The position numbers were made by a program, and so were the translations under genes. From Octopus bimaculoides (lineage: Eukaryota), in contig NC_068992.1 of assembly GCF_001194135.2 (NCBI RefSeq), positions 63,893,183 through 63,957,182 on the forward strand: a stretch of DNA of 64,000 nucleotides. The letters are read 5' to 3'. How positions within the stretch are numbered: position 1 is the first letter of the stretch; each line of letters opens with the position of its first letter. Below are positions 1 to 11,400 of the stretch, in pieces. The notes under the pieces were generated by a model, which did no database searches, was not told the origin of the DNA, and saw only the letters and a program-made list of their open reading frames with translations.

Positions 1-162
1 CAGCAAAACCATTCAGAAATTAAATGACACTAACATATTCAGTAACCATAATGAATTTAATTTATCCTCGACAATTTTTAGAGTTCAGCAATATATTCCT
101 ATATGACTCTGTCTGTGTGTTGCTAATATTGCTTCTTATACAGTAATTTCCACCCAACCTAA

Positions 163-441
<279 letters not shown>

Positions 442-985
442 TAAGTCCTTTCTTTTCTGCTCCATGCTATTATTAAAATTTTTTTTTGTCCTGTGTCAAA
501 ATTTGTGAACATTGTTGGTTACAGGTTTCCAGTGAGCCAATCTCTAATTCAATACATTTCTGAAAAAGAGAATATGACAAGGGAGTGTTTGTAAGACAAT
601 ACAGAACAATTATCACAAAGGACTTTTGCTTGAAAAAGCACCTGTTTTTCAGTTTTTCTTGTAAATATTTACCTTTCATTTATAGGCATCAATAAAAGTA
701 ATCTATATTCTGTAGTTCTTGAGAAATGATTCCAACAGACATAATTTGAATATTTATAAAGCTGGTGTTCTCAAACTGGGGTTCTGGTAACCCTTGGGAG
801 TGTTAAATGGCATTTCGGGGTATGCAACAAAAGTGTGAAAGTATATACTTTCTTGAAGTTATTTTTGAGAAGGAAATTATTAACTAATTCTAAATAAGTG
901 TATTTTGTTGAGCAGATTAAGATCTTTATTATACTCTATATGTAGATTTAAACCTTTAAGAGATTATAATCAAAGACTATCTCCT

Positions 986-1507
986 CATTTCATGGTGTGC
1001 TTTTCATCAGGTGTCAGAAGACATAGCACCCACCAAACAGAAACCTTTGTCGTGATAAGGTCATTATGCAGAATATTCTCAATTCTCTCACAGGATCTGC
1101 TAATAGCATTGGCTATTTGATTTATAGTCATTCACCTATCATCCGTCACCATGTGATAAACATGATCTATGTTTTTCTCACTGGTGACACCTGCAAGACG
1201 TCGTCCAGACCTTGCTTGGGCCATCTTCAAAGCTCTCTTTCCACTATTGTAGCAAGCATCTCAGCATGAATGTCCTTGGGGGCTAAATCCTTTCTCTGCA
1301 TGACTTGATAATGCCATTATGTGAAATTTTGTCCATTTTCAAGAGAAGTTGCTACTACTTACTTTTGAAGTCTTCTTTGAACAGTCAGATGTCCATTTTT
1401 ACCTGGAGAGAAACAAAGCAGTTATTAAGAAGAACAGTTGAAATTAATGCATACAAAATTTCACAGCTTTCACACCATTTTTTGATAGTCAGCCTATGAA
1501 CTTTTCA

Positions 1508-1508
<1 letters not shown>
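986..1508 (-). mobile_element. Mariner (Tc1/mariner) transposon, 5' half, dead transposase
   Basis: Minus strand from ATG 1336 reads MDKISHNGIIK..., then after frameshifts RSGRRLAGVTSEKNIDHVYHMVTDDR*MTINQIANAISRSCERIENILHNDLITTKVSVWWVLCLLTPDEK. This is the mariner HTH region plus a decayed WVP..L motif. A TIR-like end (ctgaaaagttcataggctgac on -) at about 1487-1508 abuts (TA)n. Confidence 0.85.
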
Positions 1509-1542
<34 letters not shown>

Positions 1543-1547
1543 ACGGT

Positions 1548-1769
1548 GGGGCAGGGTGCAAAAGTAGGTATACAGTAAGTACCATATCAGTGTTATAATA
1601 CTTGATTAAAATTATTATCACATTAAATTAGTTGACCTCATTTTTGATATTTTCACTGCCATTAATCCTAATATTTTTACCGTAACTTTTAATTTTATTT
1701 GATAAAAATAAATGAGTATTGTACATTTTTTATTTTGTCATAACTGTATACCTACTTTTGCACTCGCCC

Positions 1770-1771
<2 letters not shown>
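1548..1771. mobile_element. Tc1-like MITE (~225 bp)
   Basis: Perfect 21-bp inverted repeat gtgcaaaagtaggtatacagt (1556-1576) / actgtatacctacttttgcac (1743-1763), extending imperfectly to CAGGG ends. AT-rich non-coding interior; flanked by (TA)n and (TG)n. Confidence 0.8.
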
Positions 1772-1809
<38 letters not shown>

Positions 1810-2055
1810 CACATACATATATATGTATTCAGGGACATGTAATGCATTTCTTTTGTATACACATACTCATCTGTATATGCGTATATATGTTTGAGTGTAT
1901 GTGTCTGTGCTCACTGACATATAAGCTACTTTTATCATTTTATGTATGTCTGAACATGTCTGTATATGCATACATGCACAATATTGAGTGGTTTTATATT
2001 GAACATATACATATTATTATTGATATATAATCTACTTTTATTTTATATGTATTTG

Positions 2056-2110
<55 letters not shown>

Positions 2111-2330
2111 TGACCGTTGCCAGTACCGCCTGACTGGCCTTCGTGCGGGTGACACGTAAAAGCACCCACTACACTCTCTGAGTGGTTGGCGTTAGGAAGG
2201 GCATCCAGCTGTAGAAACTCTGCCAAATTTAGATTGGAGCCTGGTGTTGCCATCCGGTTTCACCAGTCCTCAGTCAAATCGTCCAACCCATGCCCGCATG
2301 GAAAGCGGACGTTAAACGATGATGATGATG
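2111..2330 (+). mobile_element. RTE-LINE 3'-tail element (young subfamily)
   Basis: gccagtaccgcctgactggc...aagcacccactacactctctgagtggttggcgttaggaagggcatccagctgtagaaactctgcc...ggaaagcggacgttaaac(gat)n. Same sequence as the 3'UTR of the RTE ORF2 fragments at 15735 and 20661; (TA)n on both sides. Confidence 0.85.
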
Positions 2331-2633
2331 ATATATATATATATACACACACACACATATACATACATATATACTATATCATTATTTTTGTTTTTTTCTT
2401 TCCTCCTTTTAACATCCGCTTTTCCATGTTCCCCTGGGCCAGATGGAATTTGTTGAAGCAGATTCTCTACGGCTGGATGCCTCCTTCCTATCATCAATCC
2501 TCTCCCGTATCCTAGTAAGGTGATATTTGCCCATGATTAGACATGATTTCATGGAAAATTGGAAAAGAAATATATATCTTTTGGTTTGTTTGAGGTTTTG
2601 AAAAATTTGAAATTATATTGTTGCTATTATGCC

Positions 2634-2848
2634 AAAGTGTCGTAAGTCCAAAACATTGCTTTTTCAGAAAACATAAAAATAGTTTCACCATTCCATAGCA
2701 AAATTGTTGTACTACACTATGGCAATTTTTGATATCTTGGCATCTGAAGCATCTGGAGACAATAGTTTGACCAAAAGAACTGGCTATTGTAAGCAAAAAG
2801 AAATATTGGAAAAAACACATTTGGCCAAATTTGGACATACAACACTTT
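2634..2848. mobile_element. MITE with 19-bp TIRs (TTAA at right end)
   Basis: aaagtgtcgtaagtccaaa (2634-2652) vs reverse complement of 2830-2848 aaagtgttgtatgtccaaa, 17/19 match. Right end reads cactTTAA; left flank is degenerate. Superfamily uncertain. Confidence 0.55.
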
Positions 2849-4454
2849 AACATAATAGCAACAATATCTTTTTAAGACTATCAACTATAAATGAATCTAT
2901 AAATAATAGATTGTAAAATATTGGGGTCACCTGATCCTGTCTTGCATCCCGCTATCATACTTTACTGTCTCTGCATCCTTCAAAACTACGTCTCCTACTT
3001 AGTGAAGGGCTCTTGTGTTATGAGGAAAATAGTAGCCATTGCACCCTGTAAAGTGGTTCACATTAGGAAGGTCATCCAGCCATAGAAACAATGCCAAAAC
3101 AAATATTGGAACTAGATGCAGTCCTTTGGTTCGTTGGATCTTGTCAAACTATCCAACCTATGCCGGTATGGGAAGGACATGAAATGATGATGATAAAGTA
3201 TTTCTTAGTTGGAAAATAAGCCAACAGAATCCCTCACTGAGATTTGAACCACATGTCTTTCAATCCCTGTAGTTGATTCTGTCCACTTGTTACCCCACCT
3301 AAAAGAGGTTTTATCAAACACTTTAATTTAATTTCATTTGCATTCATTTATGTATTTTATTACCCGAGGAGTTGAACCTCATTGAAATGAATTTGCCAAT
3401 TTGTTTAATGTGTCATCTAGTTCAACACCACCACCACCACTGCCAGCAGGCCCTTTGGTACCATTAGCAGAATTTACTCTGTTACAAGCATTCACACCAN
3501 NNNNNNNNNNNNNNNNNNNNNNNNNNNNNNNNNNNNNNNNNNNNNATCTGAACATAGTACAATTACCTTTATGCACAGCTTCCTTTAACTGCAACCCTGA
3601 TAGAATGAGATGATTGGTACAGCTGTTTAGATGCTGATGATTTTGTGCGGCTGAATGGATATTCAACCTATTTTTGCAACTGTGTGTAACACTGGAGGCA
3701 AACACATGTTCATGCACATGAAGCAACATCTGATGTCAAATAAGTCTGTCGAATTAGCAATGCCAAATAGGTGGTCCAATAGAGCAAAACGTTTCATACC
3801 CACCCATGGGTAGGGTTTTCTTTCTCCTCCTTTTGTCTCCAACAGTCTTGGTGATCCCTGTGCAAAGGTCAAGGATTATTATTGACTTTCCTTCTAAGCC
3901 AAAAACGAAAATAGCAATCCCAGGTAAGTAGGGTGTGTTTTGGGTACCAAACCTGCTGACAATAAAAATAAGGATGGATGGTCATGGTAAGAAAGTCAGA
4001 CACTGACATCATAATCACATTTAATTCAGTTGATTTAGTGGTTGTGTGTGACATCTTGTTTTTGCAGAACTGACTGAGGTGGGGGGGGGGGAAATTAATA
4101 TTTACAACAGCAGCTGTAATAATGATAATAATAATAATAAACTGTCAGATTTATTGATGAATCAAAAATGTTCAATTATTATTGAATTGTAATGATGTTG
4201 ATTCTAATTACGTTTTCTCATTGTCATCATCCTCACTTTTGTATTCATTAACAACTCATTGGTCAATATCCTTATTATGCTCATTAAGTCTACATTTATC
4301 ATCTTCATTATCAGGTGTACATTTATAAGTATCATAATAATTACAAAACTATAAACTTGACAATGATTGTCATCCTTAAATCTGCATTTATCATAACCAT
4401 TATTGCATTCATCTTGACTGTCTCTTGTTGGTACATCCTTTATTATTATTATTA

Positions 4455-4830
4455 CAAGTGAGCTGGTGGAACTGTTAGCATAGCAGACGGAATTCTTTGT
4501 GGTGTTTCGCCTGTCTATGTCCTTGGTTCAAATTCTGTTGAAGTCAGCTTTGCCTTTTATCCTTTTGGAGTTGATAAAATCAGTATCAGTCAAATACTGT
4601 GGCATTCAATTCCTGATCGTAAGATTATGGTTTCAATTCCTGAAGCAGGCAACACATTTGTGTTCTTGAGCAAAACACTTCATTTCACATTGCTCCAGTC
4701 CACTCAGCTGGCAAAAATGAGTGACCCTGCGACAGACCTGCGTCCCATCCAGGTGGGCAAGATACAGGTCATGGAAACTGGGAAGCGGGCCCTTATGAGT
4801 TGATACGACTTGAGAAGGAAGGAAGAAAAT
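4455..4830 (+). mobile_element. Two adjacent degenerate SINEs (tRNA-headed family and CORE/MIR-like family)
   Basis: gagctggtggaactgttagc...ggttcaaattc...ctttgccttttatccttttggagttgataaaa, then ggtttcaattcctgaagcaggc...cttgagcaaaacacttcatttcacattgctccagtccactcagctg. Confidence 0.65.
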
Positions 4831-5448
4831 GCTGGGGTCAGTGTAACTGGTTTCCCACCTCCCCCTCAAAAACTGTTGGTCCTGTGCCAAAATTTGAAAC
4901 CGTTATTACAAGTGAAACCCATAGAGATCGTAGGGATTTCACTGGTGAACACTGGAGGGGGGGGGCTTTAGTTGTCTGTTGTTGTGATGATGAAAACAAT
5001 GGCAAATGGTGAGCAAGAAAGAGAGAGGGAGAGGAAGTTGTGATGGGTATTAGCTGAGGTGGTAACTGAAAGATAGGGTCGGGAGGACCAAGTACAGCAC
5101 TGACTAATCAATGCAAACATATAATCGTACACATGCATGCCTACACACACACACACACACACACACACATGAATATATACAGACATTCCGATAGTTTGTT
5201 GTGGTTTTTGTCAGAAGGAAGGAGTTGGCAGCAAACAATTTATTTTGTTAACTGAATTATAAGAAAAGAAAACCAATTACAATAAATTGCATGTACTTTA
5301 GTGTACTTTAGTGTGAGTAATCTTTGTCACTGCTGCCATCACTTCTGTAACTACCAACAACAATATACAACAGCTGTTACAACAAATAAGCACTACCACC
5401 ATTTACCGTTATTGCCTCTTATTTTGTCCTTTTCCTCTGGCTGTCTCT

Positions 5449-5484
<36 letters not shown>

Positions 5485-5693
5485 CCTCTCTCCCTCTCTC
5501 AAGTTCCTTCCCTTAGTGTGTGGCATGAAAGGTAAGGAAGAACATACTATTGTATTAACATACAGCTTCAAGAGCTTCATGATTTAATTACTTTACCTAT
5601 CATTTCTCATCCCGTCAGTCTTCATCTGTTGTAATCATATCTATCAGGTCTCTCCGATTTCATTCAACTAATTTCTGTCTTATTCTGTTTCAG

Positions 5694-5747
5694 TTTACAA
5701 AATGTTTATTCTAAAATGCTTATCAGTGGTGAAAAATATAGATATAC
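5694..5747 (+). CDS. SLC35E2: SLC35E2-like, 54-nt coding exon
   Basis: Acceptor ttattctgtttcag|TTTACAA, donor TATAC|gtaagt (5748). Encodes (C)LQNVYSKMLISGEKYRY(T), matching the family motif CLQNVFSK.L.SG.KYR. In frame with both neighbours; missed by the ORF track. Confidence 0.92.
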
Positions 5748-6567
5748 GTAAGTATGTATAGCATTTTGTTGTTTTGACTGTCATATTTCTTGCTGGTTGT
5801 GCACAGATGCACGTTTTCCAGTCATAACTTTAAGACTGGCATAAAATATTAGGAGTGGTTTGAGGTAAGGGAAGAGGAAATATCAATTGAGGTGGGGGGG
5901 GGGGTCTGCAAACTGTAATTTGACTCTTGTGGGTAGCTTGGGTAGACGTTAGAGGTTGTGGGAAAACCTCTAGAAACATATTCTATTTGTTGTTGTGTCA
6001 GTAATATATTGGAGAGAAGATAAATGGTGATATATCAGCTGATTCAAGGTATTATTCATGGGATCAGATCCCTTTCCATCTGACTGGAGAAACATCCATC
6101 TGTACCCAATAACATACAAGTGAGCACCGGATCCAATTGCAGTCAGCTGTACCCTTTTGGGTACAAGCAAAAAAGATTCCCCCACCAGCCTGGAATTATG
6201 CAAGATACTGTATTGTCACCAGGAATCTTGCTATCTTCAGGTCAGGGACTTTTTACAAGAATAAATACACCTAAGGAGCCAGGTACTGGTGTTAGGCCTG
6301 ACACAAACAGCTGAGTTATTACAATAAATAGTGACAATTAGTAACTGTGACCTTGTCTTGATTAATTAATTTGGTTAAATGTTTAATGTTTGTGGAGCAG
6401 TGTCTGGGTTGCTCGAGTTTTTTCTCTATTTCTCCATACAGCAGTTTGATGAAGGATACAGTGGTAGTTACTTTATTCCAACCATCATTGTACAATTTGT
6501 TGGCAGTAGTACTAAGGAAACCTTAGTTTCATTGTGCTTTCATCAATAGAATGTACCTACTTGTATA

Positions 6568-6797
6568 CAGGGCACAGCAGAAAGGTTGCCCTGATTTCAA
6601 AGGTTAATAACAAAGAAACTCATGAAGATGCAAGAAAAACCGATGCTCTCCACTCCAGGCCATGGTGGGGACGACCGGAGACATGAGAAATAATGGCAAT
6701 AATCGAACTTCATAGAAATACAGTTTTTTCACGATTCTTCATGTGTTTGCTTTTTTATTAACCTTTGAAATCAGGGCAACCATTCTGCCGCACCCTG
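6568..6797. mobile_element. Tc1/mariner MITE (230 bp) with TA target-site duplication
   Basis: About 47-bp TIRs: CAGGGcacagcagaaaggttgccctgatttcaaaggttaataacaaag on the left vs CAGGGtgcggcagaatggttgccctgatttcaaaggttaataaaaaag (reverse complement of right end). TA at 6566-6567 and 6798-6799. Confidence 0.9.
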
Positions 6798-6822
6798 TAT
6801 GTGTGTGTGTGTATGTATATAT

Positions 6823-7150
6823 GGGAGTGGCTGTGTGGTAAGTAGCTTGCTTACCAACCACATGATTCTGGGTTCAGTCCCATTGCGTGGCACCTTGGGC
6901 AAGTGTCTTCTACTATAGCCTCGGGCCGACCAAAGCCTTGTGAGTGGATTTGGTAGACGGAAACTGAAAGAAGCCCATCGTATATATGTATATATATATA
7001 TATATATATATGTTTGTGTGTCTGTGTTTGTCCCCCCAACATCGCTTGACAACCGATGCTGGTGTGTTTACGTCCCCGTAACTTAGCGGTTCGGCAAAAA
7101 AGACCGATAGAATAAGTACTACGCTTCCAAAGAATAAGTCCTGGGGTCGA
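6823..7150 (+). mobile_element. tRNA-derived CORE-type SINE with internal (TA)n, 3' end lost
   Basis: Head ggagtggctgtgtggtaagtagcttgc...gggttcagtccc (A/B-box like), CORE-like ccttgggcaagtg, internal microsatellite, body gtccccgtaacttagcggttcggc...gaataagtcctggggtcga. Confidence 0.85.
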
Positions 7151-7350
7151 CGGTTTGACTGAGCACTGGCAAGCCAGAAGGCTGTACCAGGCTCTAATCT
7201 GATCTGGCAAAGTTTCTACAGCTGGATGCCGCCCATACTACGACAACGCCAACCACTCCGAGAGTGTAGTGGGTGCTTTTTATGTGCCACTGGCATCAGG
7301 GCCAGTCAGGCAGTACTGGCATCAACCATACTTGAATGGTGCTTTTTAGG
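7150..7350 (-). mobile_element. RTE-tail element fragment
   Basis: Reverse complement of the RTE tail (tttctacagctggatgcc...ccaaccactccgagagtgtagtgggtgctttt). Confidence 0.8.
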
Positions 7351-8196
7351 TGCCACTGATGTGCTAAAAAGGAAACCCCACAAAATATTTTATTTCTTTA
7401 CTGCCCTCAAATCTCTCGCTATCTTCTTGAAAAATTTCATCAACACCAGATATGATGTCATCATCACTACGATACTGGCTTCCAGCCAAGTGTTTCTTCC
7501 TGTTGGGGAGCAGATGATATGGTTTACAGAGGGAAAGAGTGAATGAAAGAAGCTGTGTGTGGGTCTCAATGCACCGGCTAAAATATTTGTGGTATCTTTC
7601 AATTGGACTTTCTAAAGTGACATCAGGTGTGTAAGGTGATCGAGTACATTTGGTTCTGAAACAGGTATTTTGCCTTTCTGAAGCAGTTTTGTACAGGTGA
7701 GCTCAAGGATTTTGTGAGTTGTAACTATTTATAAGATTATACTACAATAGTCTGAACTGTGTACTGATTCCTCTTTCATTTAGACAACAGCATCTTGAGA
7801 TGTTGTTTAACTCTTATTAAGCTGTCAGTTTCTTCCCCACAACCTCCACAGACTGGTGTACTTCAAACTACATCATCCAATGTGTCCTTTTTTATCATTA
7901 TGATAAAGGGATGTATTTTTAAGGAAAGTTTGCTACTATTTCAAGCATGTCAAATGACCACACAGAAGTGCCTTATTTTTGTGTTTCAACTGTGTCTGTT
8001 TTTGGCCATTATTGAAGGAACATTCTGCTTTTGTAAGAGGTTTAAGACTATTTAAGGGAAATCTACAAACCTTGGTGCCAAGGGATATTTTTTTTCTTTT
8101 TTTTTTCTTAGATTGACTGCCACAGGGTTCATATGTTTATGGTTTCAAGTGGCTGCAAGTATGGCTTCGTATATAAAGAAGGAATAAAGATAATTT

Positions 8197-8898
8197 GCCA
8201 GTACCGCCTGACTGGCTCCTGTAGGATTTTCGAGCGAGATCGTTGCCAGTGCCCCTGGACTGGCTTGTGCGGGTGGCACATAAAAGACACCATTTCGAGC
8301 GTGGCCGTTTTCGTGCAGGTGACACGTAAAAGCACCCACTACACTCTCTGAGTGGTTGGCGTTAGGAAGGGCATCCAGCTGTAGAAACTCTGCCAAATCA
8401 GACTGGAGCCTGGTGTTGCCATCCGGTTTCACCAGTCCTCAGTCAAATCGTCCAACCCATGCTAGCATGGAAAGCGGACGTTAAACGATGATGATGATGA
8501 TGATGATGATGATAGTCAGGAACAAACAGATTGTAATGAAGTGCCTTCTTTTGATGTTACATTGATTAACCATTTTCAATCCAGCTTCGCCTTACTGGCA
8601 CTTGTGCCGTTGGCATGTGAATAAAACATTGGACTGACTCCTGTGCAGGTGGCATGTAAAGAAACACCATTTGAGCATGGCCGTTGCCAGTACCGCCGGA
8701 CTGGCCCTCATGCCAGTGGCACGTAAAAAGCACCCACTACACTCTCTGAGTTGTTGGCATTAGGAAGGGCATCCAGCTGTAGAAACTCTGCCAAATCAGA
8801 TTGGAGTCTGGTGTAGCCATCTGGTTCGCCAGTCCCCAGTCAAATCGTCCAACCCATGCCAGCATAGAAAGTGGACGTTAAATGATAAATGATGATGA
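8197..8898 (+). mobile_element. Two head-to-tail RTE-tail elements (8197-8514 young, 8585-8898 older)
   Basis: Each carries repeated gccagt...tggcacgtaaaagcacc modules, the conserved tail and a (gat)n end. Confidence 0.85.
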
Positions 8899-8954
8899 GT
8901 CCAATCCACTTGAGAACAACTTTTATCTCATGACCCAAAAACTCCCTATTTTAA

Positions 8955-9171
8955 CCCTTCTAATTCTGACCCACATGACACTGCCCCTAGGTTCTCTGAT
9001 ACAAACTTCCTTTTTTTAGTATGATATAAATTAAAAACCTTCCATTGAAATTTCACATTGACTTATGCTCTGAACACTAGCTTAATGATAGCTATTTTAC
9101 TGACTTTATTATTTTCACAATTAACTGAAACAAAAGCAGTGTATTCCAATAGCAATATGGTAACCAGAGGG
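8955..9171. mobile_element. piggyBac-like MITE (217 bp), TTAA TSD
   Basis: TTAA(8951-8954)|CCCTT ... AGGG|TTAA(9172-9175). A related truncated copy lies in reverse at about 43911-44043. Confidence 0.75.
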
Positions 9172-10284
9172 TTAAAGCGGATTTAAATTCCTTTAATTCC
9201 AAACACATTTTTGTTCCCAACACCATCTTCATTCACTCTGATAGAGCACTTTATAATCTAAACACTTCAAACCCCTGATTCTCTCCACTATGAAACACTA
9301 ACAAACTTCCTACTCTCAGCTTTTCTCCTTGCTGTGCAATCCTAACATCTAGCATCTATTTTTAGCTACTTCATTATTATCTCTTACTGTTACATCTCTT
9401 CCTACCTTCTTCAAAGGCTTAACTTTTAGCTTTTCTGGCTCTTCTAGAAGTACCATCACACCACCACATCACCTCTTGTCTGGTTGGAACCTTTCTCCAT
9501 CCATCTATATGGGTCATGGCTTTTGACATCTCAAAACTCCCCATTGTTATAAGTCTCTAGCTCCTCCTTATCATACATCTCAGTTAATATTTCTTCTGGC
9601 CAAAGAATCCGTTACCTTAACCCTCCACCTCCAGACTGTCTCGTGTCTCTGAAGCCACAGTCGTACAGAAGACTGACTGCAGTGCTTAATGCAGGGCCTG
9701 GTTGCGTTGAACAAAATATGGGGGATCAGAAGAGGAAAGATTAGTGAAATGAAAGTGCCTGAGTGACAGGAAAGGCAGAGGGTGAGGTGGCACGTCTGTG
9801 GGGCCCCCTGGTGGAGTGTTTTTGTGTTCACTGATCTCTAGTCTTTCTCAAACATTCTTACATTCTTCACTGGGAAGTCAATTAATATTCACATCCAGTT
9901 GCCTATCCCGTTTCCTGGTGACGGTGAGTACGAAGCATATCTAACTTGCAATGTCTTCCTGATTGCTAGGTTATCAAGTGCCAGGCCTGTTTCCTGAGGT
10001 TAGCATTGCAAATGGTCAGCTCGCTTGTATTACAGAGCTTCTTGTGCTGTGGCCACCCTTTTCGTTTCTCATACTTTATCCTTAAATCTTAGTCCTGGTC
10101 ATTGTATTTATGATCATTTCCATTTGAGCCTGATATGCCCTTCCTGTTGCCAACCATTTTTGCAGCTTTGTCCAACCCATGCTAGCATGGAAAGCGGACG
10201 TTAAATGATGATGATGATGATGATGATGGGTGCATTTTGTTATGCTGCTACAAGCCCTGCTGTGAAGGTTGTTTTTGTCAGGGC

Positions 10285-10540
10285 CAAAGTATTTTGCTGA
10301 ACCACTAAGTTATGCAGACATGGCGAAACCAACACTGGTTGTCAATTAGTTGGAAGGGGACAAACACCAAACACACGCACATGCACACACAGGGTTTCCA
10401 CACTGTTTCTGTCCGCCAATTCCCTCACAAGGTATTGGTCACCCTGAGATTATAGTAGACAATGTTTTCCCAAAGTGCCACCTAGTGGAACTGAACCTGG
10501 AAGCATGTTGTAATGTGAGGTTCTTGACCACACAGCCATG
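10285..10540 (-). mobile_element. CORE-type SINE (old copy)
   Basis: Reverse complement reads catggctgtgtggtcaagaac...ccaggttcagttccactaggtggcactttggg...ccttgtgagggaattgg. Confidence 0.7.
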
Positions 10541-10664
10541 CCTGTGCGTGCATGCATGTATGTATGTATGTATGTATGTATACACATATGCATACAAAGA
10601 GAGAGAGAGAGAGTTTGTTCAAAGTGAGTAAGGGCATTTATATTTTAGTTGGCGGTAAACGGGG

Positions 10665-11040
10665 ATTTCAGTTGCGTGATAAGAAGCTTGCTTCCCAACC
10701 ACATGATTCCGGGTTCAGTCCCACTGTGTGGCATCTTGGGCAAGTGTCTCCTACTATAGCCTTGGGCCAACCAAAACCTTGTGAGTGAATTTGGTAGACG
10801 GAAACTGAAAGAAGCCCATCATAGGTATATGTGTGTGTGTGTCTGTGTTTGTCCCCCACCATTGCCTGACGACCAATGTTGGTGTGTTTACATCCCCATA
10901 ACTTAGCACTTCAGCAATGGTGACTGATAGAATAAGTATTAGGCTTAGAAAGAATAAGTCCTGGGGGTGGGTCGATTTGTTCGACTAAAGGTGGTGTTCC
11001 AGCATGGCCGCAGTCAAATGACTGAAACAAGTAAGAGAGT
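10665..11040 (+). mobile_element. CORE-type SINE, near full length
   Basis: gcgtgataagaagcttgcttcccaaccacatgattccgggttcagtccc...tail ccagcatggccgcagtcaaatgactgaaacaagtaagag. Confidence 0.85.
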
Positions 11041-11190
11041 AATAGTTTAGTTTAGTTTTGTCCATTGGTCAGCTGTACAAGTCAGTGGGTTGGAAACTCT
11101 GCTACCTGCTCATGTGAATTATTGAACTAACCCATGTTTAAGCCTTATGTAATTCGTGTTTTATCTGGTTCAAGTTTACATACACACACA

Positions 11191-11250
<60 letters not shown>

Positions 11251-11400
11251 GATAAAAACCTTTTTAAATCAACCATTTCCTCCTAATCTTTTTTGTTTTC
11301 CTATTTCTGTATTCATTTCTTCATATTTCACTCTCTCGCCATTGTCAATGCTTTCTCTATTTCTTTTGTCTGTTAATCTGTAATTTTGTCACCTTTGCAG

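Noticed and set aside
762-850. hAT-like end (ggtgttctcaaactggggttc)
   Set aside because: No matching opposite TIR or TSD was found.
5990-6320. Possible decayed non-LTR retrotransposon 3' end (MQDTVLS...)
   Set aside because: Similarity is too faint to call by eye; it needs a translated repeat search. The same applies to 9560-10130 and 12250-12500.
6823-6900. tRNA-like A/B boxes (here and in all SINE heads)
   Set aside because: No cloverleaf or acceptor stem, and each continues into a SINE body. These are tRNA-derived SINEs, not tRNA genes.
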